Positions 25,791 to 37,235 of a stretch of DNA of 64,000 nucleotides are shown here, one piece after another. This DNA comes from Mustelus asterias (lineage: Eukaryota). A model generated the notes under the pieces. The model did no database searches. It was not told the DNA's origin and saw only the letters and a program-made list of their open reading frames with translations. The DNA lies in the NCBI RefSeq assembly GCF_964213995.1, contig NC_135801.1:150226001-150290000 (forward strand), in the 5' to 3' direction. Both the position numbers and the translations under genes were made by a program. The number at the start of each line of letters is the position of its first letter. The stretch's first letter is position 1.

Positions 25791-27139
25791 GCAGAGGCTT
25801 ATGGCAGTTCTGGTGGTCTGTCTGAATCTGCTTCTGCTTGTAACAGAGCAGGTAGATTTAGTTTGAGCAGGAAGAATATGGCAGGTCGCAGTGATCATCT
25901 CATGGAGGGCTTGTCCATACTGACTTGCTGGGAGAGGCCATTCTTGCCTTTCCTATTGGGGTAATCTTTATATTTGCCCGTCAGCTCAACAGTATCCTCC
26001 TAGAAGTAGGACATCTCCTGAATGTATGCTGTTCCTCCTGCAATCTGGGATATGACCCTATGGTTGTGGGCTGGTAAATGAAATGGAGCACAAGAGATGG
26101 AGGAGAAGTTGGGAAGCATGCATGTGTGCTTTGTGTCCCAAGCCTTCCTTAGTAAAAGCTGGGGATGGGGTTCGTGCAGCACGATAGAGGAAATGCTGAT
26201 GTTAAACGTCAGTACTGATTGTGGGAATCCCTGAGCAATGTAACCTGCGAGTGTCAAGACATCACCCTGGATAGAGAAATATGCTCAGTGCTCTCTCAGA
26301 AACTGAAGTTGTTTGTGTGATCCTGACCAGAAGGAGCTACCTGGCAATATTAGAGAAATTTGCACCTGGTTATCCCTGATGAAACACTAACAACCCCCTT
26401 GTGGGCTGCACACAGAGCTCAAATTCAAACAGACCGATACAAAAGACCATCTGCATTTCATATCCTGGGCTGGCCAACTGAAATCTACTTATCTGCTAAG
26501 ACTAAGGGCCCTGTAATCTTCCTTCAATTCTAAATGAATGAGGTATCTCAGGGACCCAGAAAGACAGTGTGAAGACTTAGCTGAAAGTGGTTGAATAAAT
26601 AAGAAAAAATTCACCACAAAATCTTTCCCTACAATTATCAGATAGTGAATACAGATCAAAATCTGAAATCAGATATTAATGTTTCATCTTTTCATCTGTG
26701 TGTGTTTCTCTGACATGTTATTTGCTAACAAGAGTTTGAGCTCATATGCCACTGTGGGGGTGTTCTGTTCTGCTTCAGCCCACAAAGCCCAGCTATTTTG
26801 TGTTTGGAACCTCTCAGATAGGCACCTGTAAATGAGATTTGATCACCTAAACTTCACTATTACCCGGGGGCCTGACAGTTTGATGGCATATTGAAACTTG
26901 ACCGGATGGATGCAACTCCTTTCTGGCAGGGGTGCAGTCTCTACTGCTTCCATTGGAAATCCAGGCACTTCTGAAAACTAGGCTGGTACATAGGTTATTA
27001 GGGAGTGTAGGCATCTCTCTCTCTATTAGAGAGTCAATTGGTTTTATATCTGCACTTTATAATGCACTTGTGCATTAAGCATAGGGCAAGCAGGGGAGGT
27101 GGATCCTGAGTCCACCTCAGCCAGAACTGGAATTAAAAT

Positions 27140-27390
27140 CCCAGTACAAAAGGAGGCCATTCAGCCCAAAGAGTCTATACTAACCACAATCCCACCAAGG
27201 TCCTATTCCCATAACCCCCACGCATTTACCCTGCTAATCCTCCCGACACTAGGATCAATTTGGCATGGCAAATCAACCTAACCCGCACATCTTTGCTCTG
27301 TGGGAGGAAACCGGAGCACCCGGAGGAAACCCCCGTAGACACTGGGAGAATGTGCACAAGTGACCCGAGGCCGGAATTGGACCCAGGCTG
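27140..27390 (-). mobile_element. HE1-type SINE, partly deleted
   Basis: ggaggaaaccggagcacccggaggaaacc V-domain and CR1-type tail. Confidence 0.8.
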
Positions 27391-27651
27391 TTAGCATTAT
27401 TCTGAACCAGGTCCATGGCCATACTATACCCACTTACAAATAGCTGGATACATAATAAACACCTTGAATATGGAGGTGGAGCTGGAGGACTGGAGAATTG
27501 CAAATAGTATACCTTCCAAAGGAATAAGCTCAACAACTATAGCTGATCAGGTTAACCTTGTTGGAAACAATAACCTGGAAAATAATCAATCACTTGTACA
27601 AGGGTAGATTAATGAAGGAAAACCAGTACAGATTTGTAAAAGACAAACTAT

Positions 27652-28094
27652 GGGTTGGATTTTACATGGGATGCAGTGTTCATCACCTGGCAAAAAGATT
27701 TGCGGGAGGTGGGGGGGGGGGCCTGTCGTACTTGACCAGCTACTGGGAATTTCATTGGCTCACAGCTCTTGGAGGCAAGAAGCCCACCTTCAGCCAATGT
27801 GTGCACGTGTGCATGCACAGCTGGTGGACAGGGAGAGAAATACTGTTGGGGCATCTTCAAATGGGCACAGGACCAGGAACCACCCTTCCAGAACAGGGGC
27901 TTTCATCTAGCAGTTTAGACACAGGTTCCGTTGTGGGAGGAGGCCCTTCATTTGTCATTAAATTGGTCGCAACTCTCAATGAGCCCACTGGAGTGGTAAA
28001 ATATATGCAGGGGCAGGATGCTGCTACCATGCATCTAAATTGATGTCCTGCCTCACCTACCAAGCCACCCATGGGGAGAAAAGAATTCCAGCCC
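27652..28094. mobile_element. MITE (Harbinger-like TIR) inserted in an old CR1 fragment
   Basis: Ends gggttggatttt ... agaattccagccc; the flanks rejoin as CR1-like gtaaaagacaaacta|tatttaactaacttg. Confidence 0.55.
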
Positions 28095-28276
28095 ATATTT
28101 AACTAACTTGTATCGCTAGACCAGAGGTCTCCAAACTACGGCCCGCGGACCACATCCGGCCTGCAACGGGCTAACATCCGGCCCGCAGCCAGTGGGGCGG
28201 GACGGGATTCCCGCTGCCGAAAACACTCCCGTGTCCGGAACCCGCCGCTGACTCAGGATCCGGACGCGGGGACGGA

Positions 28277-29320
28277 ACAACAAAGAACAAAGAACAATAC
28301 AGCACAGGAACAGGCCCTTCGGCCCTCCAAGCCCGCGCCACTCCCTGGTCCAAACTAGACCATTCTTTTGTATCCCTCCATTCCCACTCCGTTCATATGG
28401 CTGTCTAGATAAGTCTTAAACGTTCCCAGTGTGTCCGCCTCCACCACCTTGCCTGGCAGCGCATTCCAGGCCCCCACCACCCTCTGTGTAAAATATGTCC
28501 GTCTGATATCTGTGTTAAACCTCCCCCCCTTCACCTTGAACATATGACCCCTCGTGAACGTCACCACCGACCTGGGGAAAAGTTTCCCACCGTTCACCCT
28601 ATCTATGCCTTTCATAATTTTATACACCTCTATTAAGTCTCCCCTCATCCTCCGTCTTTCCAGGGAGAACAACCCCAGTTTACCCAATCTCTCCTCATAA
28701 CTAAGCCCCTCCATACCAGGTAACATCCTGGTAAACCTCCTCTGTACTGTCTCCAAAGCCTCCACGTCCTTCTGGTAGTGTGGCGACCAGAACTGGACGC
28801 AGTATTCCAGATGCGGCCGAACCAACGTTCTATACATCCGCATCATCAGACCCCAACTTTTATACTCTATGCCCCGTCCTATAAAGGCAAGCATGCCATA
28901 TGCCTTCTTCACCACCTTCTCCACCTGTGACGTCACTTTCAAGGATCTGTGGACTTGCACACCCAGGTCCCTCTGCGTATCTACACCCTTTATGGTTCTG
29001 CCATTTATCGTATAGCTCCTCCCTACATTATTTCTACCAAAATGCATCACTTCGCATTTATCAGGATTGAACTCCATCTGCCTTTTCTTTGCCCAAATTT
29101 CCAGCCTATCTATATCCTTCTGTAGCTTCTGACAATGCTCCTCACTATCTGCAAGTCCTGCCAATTTTGTGTCATCCGCAAACTTACTGATCACCCCAGT
29201 TACACCTTCTTCCAGATCATTTATATAAATCACAAACAGCAGAGGTCCCAATACAGAGCCCTGCGGAACACCACTAGTCACAGGCCTCCAGCCGGAAAAA
29301 GACCCTTCCACTACCACCCA
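28277..29320 (-). mobile_element. Young 5'-truncated CR1 (subfamily B) nested in the hAT 5' subterminal region
   Basis: Open frame 28355-29413 with GVPQGSVLGP, KFADDTK and the ORF2 C-terminus; (ttctttg)n tail. Confidence 0.95.
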
Positions 29321-29593
29321 GACATTTCCACAGGCCGGACATTTGCTGCCGCTCCGTGCGGTGTCTGACGGACCCATGGGAATCCCTGCCCTCTTTACCG
29401 GCCTATTGTCCAATCAGAGCTGTTGTCCTATGTCTGACAGTTCATTAAACGAATCAGCAATTGAGACATCTGTTATCCAATTGCCGCTCTGCATTGACTG
29501 AGTGACAGCTGCTTTATCCAATCTGTAAACTCCATCTGTCTGAAATGAGCGAGAACAATGACAATGATGGCGGCAATTCACACCAATTCAGTT

Positions 29594-31402
29594 ATGGAAG
29601 GAAAAAAGAAAAGAAAAGTGGACAGTGAGTGCCGCCTGTTTAATGAAGAATGGGGTGTAAAGTACTTCTTTGTACAAGCAGGTGATAAAGCCTTGTGTGT
29701 CATATGCAACGAAACTGTTGCAGTTTTGAAGGAGTACAATGTACGTCGGCACTATGAGACCAAACATGAACCAAGTTATTCCCAATTCACAGGAACACAG
29801 TGTTCAGAAAATTTTGAATCAATGCAACGCAGGTTGCTTTCCCAACAAGCTTTTTTTTTTAAAACGCAGAAGATAACTGAAAATGAAGCTTTAACCAGGG
29901 CCAGTTACAAACTAGCTTATGTGTTGGCTAAAAGAGGAAAGCCATTCACCGATGGAGATCTCAAAGAGTGTATAATGGAAGCAGTGGAAGAGTTATGCCC
30001 AGAAAAAGCAAATCTGTTCAAAATCATCAGTCTTGCACCAAATACTGTTGCTCGTAGAATTGAGGATATAGAAAGCAATATATTTCATCAAATTGCAGAC
30101 AAAGCAAGAAATTTTCAGTTGTATTCTCTTGCACTTGATGAATTGACTGATGTGTGTGGCACATCACAACTCCTAGTAATCATCCGTGGCGTCAACAGTG
30201 AATTTAATCTGACACAAGAATTAGCATCAGTGCATAGCATGCACAGCACAGTAACTGGAGAAGACATCCTCAAAGAATTGCAAAAAAACTGTTAGAATAT
30301 AACCTGGAGTGGAATAAACTGCAATGCGTGACAATTGATGGAGAAAAGAACATGTCTGGGGTGAAGAAAGGTTTGGTTGGACAAATCACAAAAGCTTGTG
30401 AGGTTGGTGGATTCTCAAAGCCCATGTTTCTGCATTGCATTATCCATCAACAAGCATTGTGCAGAAAATATGTGGATATGTCTTGTGTTCTGAAACCTGT
30501 TGTTTCAACAGTGAATTTCATTCGATCTCACGGGCTTAATCATCGCCAGTTTCGTGATTTTCTGAAAGAAACTGATTCTGAGTTCAGTGACTTGCCATAT
30601 TATACAGCAGTTTGATGGCTTAGTTGTGGAAAGGTTCTATCACGGTTCTTTCAGCTCAGAGAGGAAACTGATTCCTTTCACAGAGAAGAATCAACCCGAA
30701 CCACTTTTATCAAACACTGACTGGCTTTGGAAATTGGCATTTTTTGCAGACGTGACAGGCCATATGAATCAATTGAACCTGAAGTTGCAAGGTGAAACAA
30801 ATTTGATTTGTGATCTATTCGCGCATGTCAAGGCATTCAGGGCAAAACTGATGCTATTTCAAGAACAGCTGAAAGTTCATAACTTGGTTCATTTTCCATG
30901 TTGTGAAAAATTTCATGAAGAAAGTGAAGCAGAATTTCCCTCTTCATTTGCAACAGAAATCATTAAGGACTTGCAAAAACAATTTCAGGAACGATTTTCT
31001 GATCTTGATGGAAACACAGATGAAATAAAGCTGTTTCAAAATCCATTTGGCTGCAATGTTGAAACACTCCCAAGTCAATTTCAAATGGAAATTATTGATT
31101 TCCAAACAGATGACATGCTGAAAGACAAGTATAAAGAAGGAAATCTGATCCAATTTTATAAATCTTTGCAGCCTGAGCAGTTTCCAAATTTGAAGCGAAT
31201 TGCTTGTGGATTTGTATCAGTTTTTGGTACAACGTACCTGTGTGAACAAACATTTTCAAAAATGAAGTATGTCAAGTCCAAATATCGAGCAAATTTATCT
31301 GATGAGCATTTGAAGTCCATTCTAACAATTGGCTCCTCAAGCTTGAAACCTCAGTTCTGCAATATTTTGAAATTAAAAAAGCAGTTCCATCATTTCCATT
31401 AA
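29594..31402 (+). pseudogene. hAT transposase pseudogene (SPIN/GTF2IRD2/Buster-like)
   Basis: KRKVDSECRLFNEEW, CVIC...HYETKH zinc finger, SLALDE, TIDG, HCIIHQQALC, FGTTYLCEQTFS; frameshifts at about 30285 and 30675; V-R-W codon CGA>TGA at 30613-30615. Confidence 0.93.
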
Positions 31403-31959
31403 TCTTGTGCAAAACTTCATGATTTGTTGGTTACGATTGAAAACTCCAATTGCCAGAATTGTGTAGAAAGGTGCAGACTGAATTTATTTTTGTTCGACCT
31501 TTATTAATGGCTCAAGTTTATTTTGAATTTCTTTGCTTTGTTTTACTGAAGTTCTTTCTTGGGGCGTGTTTATTTTTCCTTATTGTGTGCCACAAAATTG
31601 GGCAAATTCTCATTTCAAGTAAACATTTGTAAAATTTCAGTAAATAAAAATTAAAAAATGAATAGCCTGCTTTTCTCATCTGCAGTTAAGTAATTGATTA
31701 TTTTGTCAGAGCATTTGCTAATGTTTGACATTTTTACTCATTATATATCATGTGTAAGCACGGCATTGTTTCTTTGTAATTGTCACATTTCTCTTTTGTT
31801 CTGAATCATATCATGCTGATTACAAAGATGATCCAAATAAAACTTATTCATTCATTTAAATTTTATTCATTTATTTATAAAACTAATTTTTCTTCTTTGG
31901 CCCCCGAAAGTGTAAAATATACGATGTGGCCCTCGTACTGAAAAGTTTGGAGGCCCCTG

Positions 31960-32222
31960 CACTAGACTATTAATCCACAAACCCTTAGCTAATGTCCTGG
32001 GGACCTGGGTTCAAATCCTGCCATGGCAGATGGTGGAATGTTAATTCAATAAAAGATCTTGAATTACGAATCTATTTCCCATTGTCGGAAATCTGCTGTC
32101 CTTACCTGGTCCAGATGTGACAAGACTCCAGAGCCACAGCAATGTGGTTGACTCGACTGCCCTTCAAGGGCAATAAATGCTGGCCAACCAGCAATGTCCA
32201 TGTCCCCTGAATGAATAAAAAA
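31960..32222 (+). mobile_element. tRNA-head SINE family B whose head was the hAT target (5' stub at about 28109-28121)
   Basis: actagactattaatcc...gggacctgggttcaaatcctgccatggcagatggtgg...caagggcaataaatgctggcc. Confidence 0.8.
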
Positions 32223-32224
32223 AG

Positions 32225-34450
32225 GGTGCAAAATTGGCCGAGTGACAGGAAAGGAGATAGTGGTGAATAGGTGTTTTTCCTAACTGAAGGAAGGCAAACA
32301 GTGGCATTCCCCAAGGGTCAGCACTTGGATTACTGTTTCGCTTGATGCATTGGTGTGCAAGGCACATTTCAAAATTTTAAGTGACAAAATTTGGAAGTAT
32401 AGTGAACTCTGTGGGGGAGTGATGGATTTGAAGATGACTCAAGACAGGTTGGTGGAATGAACAGACATAGATGAACTTTAATACAGAAGTGTGAAATGAT
32501 ATACTTTGGTAGTAAGAACAAGGAGATGATATGGGCCATAGGAGACCACACCATTTTAAAAAAAAACAGCACTGGTTGCATAAAACAGCTAAGTTTAAAA
32601 AGCCTCCAGTAAAATTGACAGGCCAGGGAGAAGAGGATGGTAGAGTTGGTGTTTACAATGCTCAGCCAGTTAGAAAGAGGTTTTAATTCTAACACTGAGT
32701 AAATATAGGTACAACTCTGGCAGAACCACCCAAAGTTTTCAGTAAAAAAATAATGCAGTTTCGGATGGGTCCCAGCAAAGGAAATTGTTGCCTATATGTT
32801 CCAAAAGGGATTCCCCAGCACATCTTTGGGGTAAGCTCCAAATCTGATACTGGAGTGCTCTGGTCCAAAAGGGCAACATTTCTAGAGGAATGTAAGAACA
32901 GAGGCCTGGGGATATATGTTCATAAATCACTGAAGGTGTCAGAGAAGATTGAGAAAGCAGTTAAAGGCAAAATGGAGAGTGAAAAAAAAACAACACAATT
33001 TATGATGAAACTATAAATGATGTGTTCAGAGTTCATATATCCATTTCTGGACACCACATAAGGAATTATGAAAGCTTCAGAGAGGGTGCAGAAAATGGTT
33101 TCAAGGATGAAAGACTTCTATTGGAAGTTGGAGTTATTCTCCTTGGAAAAGGATGAAATGGGATTTAATTGTGGTAATTAAAATCTGGACAGGGTAGATA
33201 GGTAAACTGTTCCAATCGGCATAATAGTCCAGAACCAGAGGACACCAAGGTGATTGGCAAAAAGAACCAAGTGAAATTTATTCAAGGGTAGCAAGGATAA
33301 GCCAGATAATTACAGGCCAGTTAGTCTAATGTCAGTGGTAGGAAAATCATTGGAAAAAAATGTTCAGAATTAATCAATATCTGAAAGGCAGGGATTGATC
33401 AGGGATAGTCAGCATGGATTTGTTGGTGCCAGATCCTAACTAATTTAATTTTTTTGAAAAGGTAACCAAAGGGCGGCACGGTAGCACAGTGGTTAGCACT
33501 GCTGCTTCACAGCTCCAGGGTCCCGGGTTCAATTCCCGGCTCGGGTCACTGTCTGTGTGGAGTTTGCACATTCTCCTCGTGTCTGCGTGGGTTTCCTCCA
33601 GGTGCTCCGGTTTCCTCCCACAGTCCAAAGATGTGCAGGTTAGGTTGATTGGCCAGGTTAAAAATTGCCCCTTAGAGTCCTGAGATGCGTAGGTTAGAGG
33701 GATTAGCAAGTAAATATGTGGGGGTAGGGCCTGGGTGGGATTGTGGTCGGTGCAGACTCGATGGGCCGAATGGCCTCCTTCCGCACTGTAGGGTTTCTAT
33801 TTCTATGAAATATAGGATATACACAATGAATGGTAGGTTCCTAGAGAGTATTGAGGAACAAAGGGATCTTGGTGTACAAGTCCATAGATCCCTGAAGGTG
33901 GCAGCACAGGTAGATAGGGTGGTGAAGGCAGCATACAAAATGCTTGCTGTTATTAGCTAGGGCACAGAATGTAAGAGCAGGGAGGTCTTAGTACAACTTT
34001 ATAAAACATTGGTTAGGCCACAGATGGAGTATTGCATGCAGTTCTGGTCACCATACTATTGGAAGGATGTGATTGCACTGGAGAAGGTGCAGAGAAGATT
34101 CACCAGGATGTTGCCTGTCAGCTAAGAGACTGGATAGGCTGAGCTGGTTTTCCCTGGAGCAGGGGGATCTGATAGAGATATACAAATCATGAGGCATAGA
34201 TAGGGTAGATTGTAAGAATCTTTTCCCCATGGCAGAGGTATCCAAGACCAGAGGACATAGGTTTTAAGATGGAGTAGTAAGTGGTTTAGAGGGGATCAAA
34301 AGAAAACATTTTCCACCCAGAGTAGTGGAAATATGGAACATTCTGCCTGAGGGTGGAGGAGGCAGGTACTTTCACAATATCTAAGAAGCATCTGGATGAG
34401 CACTTAAATCACCAAAGCATAGTCGGCTTTGGACTAAGTGCTGGAAATTT
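32225..34450 (+). mobile_element. Stack of degraded CR1 ORF2 fragments
   Basis: Blocks ggcattccccaagggtcag, aattacaggccagttagtct, QRDLGVQVHRSLKVAAQVDRVVK and CR1 3' region. Confidence 0.75.
33471..33805 (+). mobile_element. Full-length HE1-type V-SINE
   Basis: gggcggcacggtagcacagtggttagc (A box), gggttcaattcccgg (B box), V-domain, CR1-like tail ending in ttctat repeats. Confidence 0.95.
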
Positions 34451-34930
34451 GGCATGTCAGCTACAACTCTCACCAACTTTTACAGATGCACCATAGAAAG
34501 CATTCTTTCTGGTTGTATCACAGCTTGGTATGGTTCCTGCTCTGTCCAAGACCGCAAGAAACTACAAAAGGTTGTGAATGTAGCGCAATCCAGCCTCCCA
34601 TCCATTGACTGTCTACACATCCCGCTGCCTCGGCAAAGCAGCCAGCATAATTAAGGACCCCACACATTCTCTCTTCCACCTTCTTTGGTCGGGAAAAAGA
34701 TACAAAAGTCTGAGGTCACGTACCAACCGACTCAAGAACAGCTTCTTCCCTGCTGCTATCAGACCTTTGAATGGACTTACCTTAAATTAAGTTGATCTTT
34801 CTCTACACCCTAGCTATGACTGTAACACGATATTCTGCACTCTTGTTTCCTTCTCTGAATGGTATGCTTTGTCTGTATAGCATGCAAGAAACAATACTTT
34901 TCAAGTATACTAATAAATAATCAAATCAAA
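34451..34930 (+). mobile_element. Rex1/Babar-type LINE 3' fragment
   Basis: TLTNFYRCTIESILSGCITAWYG and RTNRLKNSFFPAAIR C-terminal motifs; (aaatc)n tail. Confidence 0.85.
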
Positions 34931-36074
34931 ATGGATTTGTGTTATTTGATAGTTGGCATAGACATGGTGGGCTGAAGGGCCTGTTTCCTCATTTCTTCAT
35001 CGTATGGAAACTTTTTCAAAGCAAGTGTTTAGGATCTGGAATACACTGCCTAAAATGTGTGGAGGAGGTACATTTAATCATAGTTTACAAAAGGAATTGG
35101 ATAAGCACCTGAAGAGAAGATATTTGCAGTGCTACAGGACTAGCTGAATTACCTTTGCAGAGAGGCTGAATGGCCTCCTTCTGTGCTGTAACCATTTATC
35201 AACAACATAAATTAGGAAACACATCATAACCGGATACAGAAATCTCTGGTGTCTGATGCAGAGTACCTCATGGAAATAACGGGCAGGAGAAAGTAATAGG
35301 ATCCTTCCACAGTCCCACAAGCCTGCTTGGTACTTTAAAATTCTTCCCATTGCATTCTTGTGACCCCTCTGCATTATGAAACATAATTGGCAAGATTATT
35401 CTACCTTGCCCATTTAATCTTCAGAAAATGAAGAGGTAAAATTAGTAACCACACCACATGAAAAACTCAGTAATTGGATTACATGATTTGCATTCCAATC
35501 AGCCATGTTCCCTTCTACATTGTGATAAAAATTCTTAGCAGGGACAAACGGTGACTGAGGCACATTATTCAGGCTTCATAAAACTACTGGTACAGACGGT
35601 TAGCACAGTACAATCTGAAAAAATCCTACAACTCAGACAAATATATTCAAGCATCGTTAAGTGCCAAGCAATTTCAATTTAGTGTTACAAATAGGCTGCA
35701 ATGAAGTTACTGTGAAATTTAATTGTGGTTTGCTATGTTTCTGTACTGAATAAATAGAAGGCTTCCCCCCGCCACCCCCCAGCAAACAGAAACAAAGCTG
35801 CAAGCTACAATTACTACAGGATCATTTCTGCTGCTTGCCCTCCAGCTCTGACCAGCCAGGATGCACAGGATCTTTGGGAGGAAGCCTCATTTGCATGGGT
35901 CTGGCAGACATCCATGTCGCTACAAGTGTATTTCTGTGCTCACTTCTCCAATGCAGCTGGAAAATCTGTCATACACCAAAGTGGTTGTCAAGGCTTTTCC
36001 TAAAAGCCCCATTCTATCCCTCCTGGAGGAGGGACTAGTGCTTGCAAACACACTGCACAAGTGAGAAGGAATAA

Positions 36075-36745
36075 CCATCTCCAATAAGAGGGTAACTAAC
36101 TATCTCACCTTGATATTCAATATCATCGCTGAATCCCCACCATCAACAATCTCTGGATTATAATTGACCAAAACACTGAACTGGGCTAGCCCTATAAATA
36201 GTGGCTACAAGAGCAGGTCAGAGCTTGGGAATTCTGCATTGAGTAACTTGCCTCTCCATCTTCTACAAGGCACAAATCAGAAGTGTAATGGAATCCTTTC
36301 CTGGCTGAGTGTGCCTTTAGCAACACTCAAGCTTGACATCATCCAGGACAACAGGATCTGCACCCATCCACCACCTTAACATTCACTCCCTCCACAATGG
36401 CAGCAATGTGTACCACCTACAAGATGCACTGCAGCAACTTACCAAGCCTCCTGTCCAAACCCACAACCTCTACCACCTATGACAAGGGCAGCAAGTGCAT
36501 GGGAATACCACCTAGAAGGGCAAGGGCAGCAAGTGCATGGGAATACAACCACCTGCAAACTCCCCCCCATGACTTTCAATCACCATTCCTTCAATGTCAC
36601 AGGGTCAAATCCTGGAATTCATCCCCAACAGCACTGACTTTGGCTGACTGCAATGGTTCAAGGCAGCTCACCACCACTTTCTCAAGGGCAACTAGAAGTG
36701 GGCAACATGTTCTGGCCATGGCAACATCACTCACATTCCAAGGGA
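36075..36745 (+). mobile_element. 3' part of a LINE, putative partner of SINE family B
   Basis: tacaagatgcactgcagcaact...caagggcagc...aggcagctcaccaccactttctcaagggcaactag; same family on the minus strand at about 59995-60355. Confidence 0.7.
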
Positions 36746-36864
36746 TAACAGTGAGTGGGCAAAGATCTGGCAAGAAATTGCTGAGCTCAGATGCAGAAGG
36801 ATCTGAGTGTTGTGATGCATGAAGCAGAAATGCTAGTTTATAGGTACAGCGAGTAATTTTGTTT

Positions 36865-37235
36865 TTTATTCATTCATGAAATGTGGGCATCACTGGTTGA
36901 ACCAGCATTTGTTGTCCATCTCCAACTGCTCTTGAACTGAGTGGCTAGCTAGACCATTTCAAACGGCATCTTTAAGTGTCAACCATATTGCTGTGGATCT
37001 GGAGTCACATGTAGGCTAGACCAGGCAAGGATGGCAGATTTCCAATCCCAAGGGACGTTAGCAAACCAGATTGGTTTTTCAACAATGGTTTCATGGTCAT
37101 TAGACTTTTAAATCCATATTTAAAGTTAATTTTTATTGAATTCAAAATTTTACCATCTGCTACGGTGGGATTTGAACCCAGATCATTAGCCTGAGTCTCT
37201 AGATTACAACTTCAGCGACAATGTCACTGCCTACC
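36865..37235 (-). mobile_element. tRNA-head SINE family B
   Basis: Same blocks as 2995-3360 and 25490-25790. Confidence 0.8.

Larger units (their letters stand above)
28122..31959 (+). mobile_element. Complete hAT DNA transposon (Buster/Charlie/SPIN-like clade)
   Basis: TIRs cagaggtctccaaact / agtttggaggcccctg; 8-bp TSD cgctagac (28114-28121) / cactagac (31960-31967); about 2.8 kb after removing the nested CR1. Confidence 0.93.

Noticed and set aside
28355-29413. 352-aa ORF read as a novel hAT-RT fusion gene
   Set aside because: The first about 30 residues are chance read-through from hAT subterminal DNA into a 5'-truncated CR1; the RT is incomplete.
29558-31402. Domesticated GTF2IRD2/ZBED/EPM2AIP1-like host gene
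   Set aside because: TIRs and TSD are retained and the ORF has frameshifts and a stop, so it is a decaying transposon copy.
33471-33550. tRNA gene
   Set aside because: The A and B boxes belong to the tRNA-derived head of an HE1 SINE that continues into the V-domain and LINE tail; the same applies to the other SINE heads.
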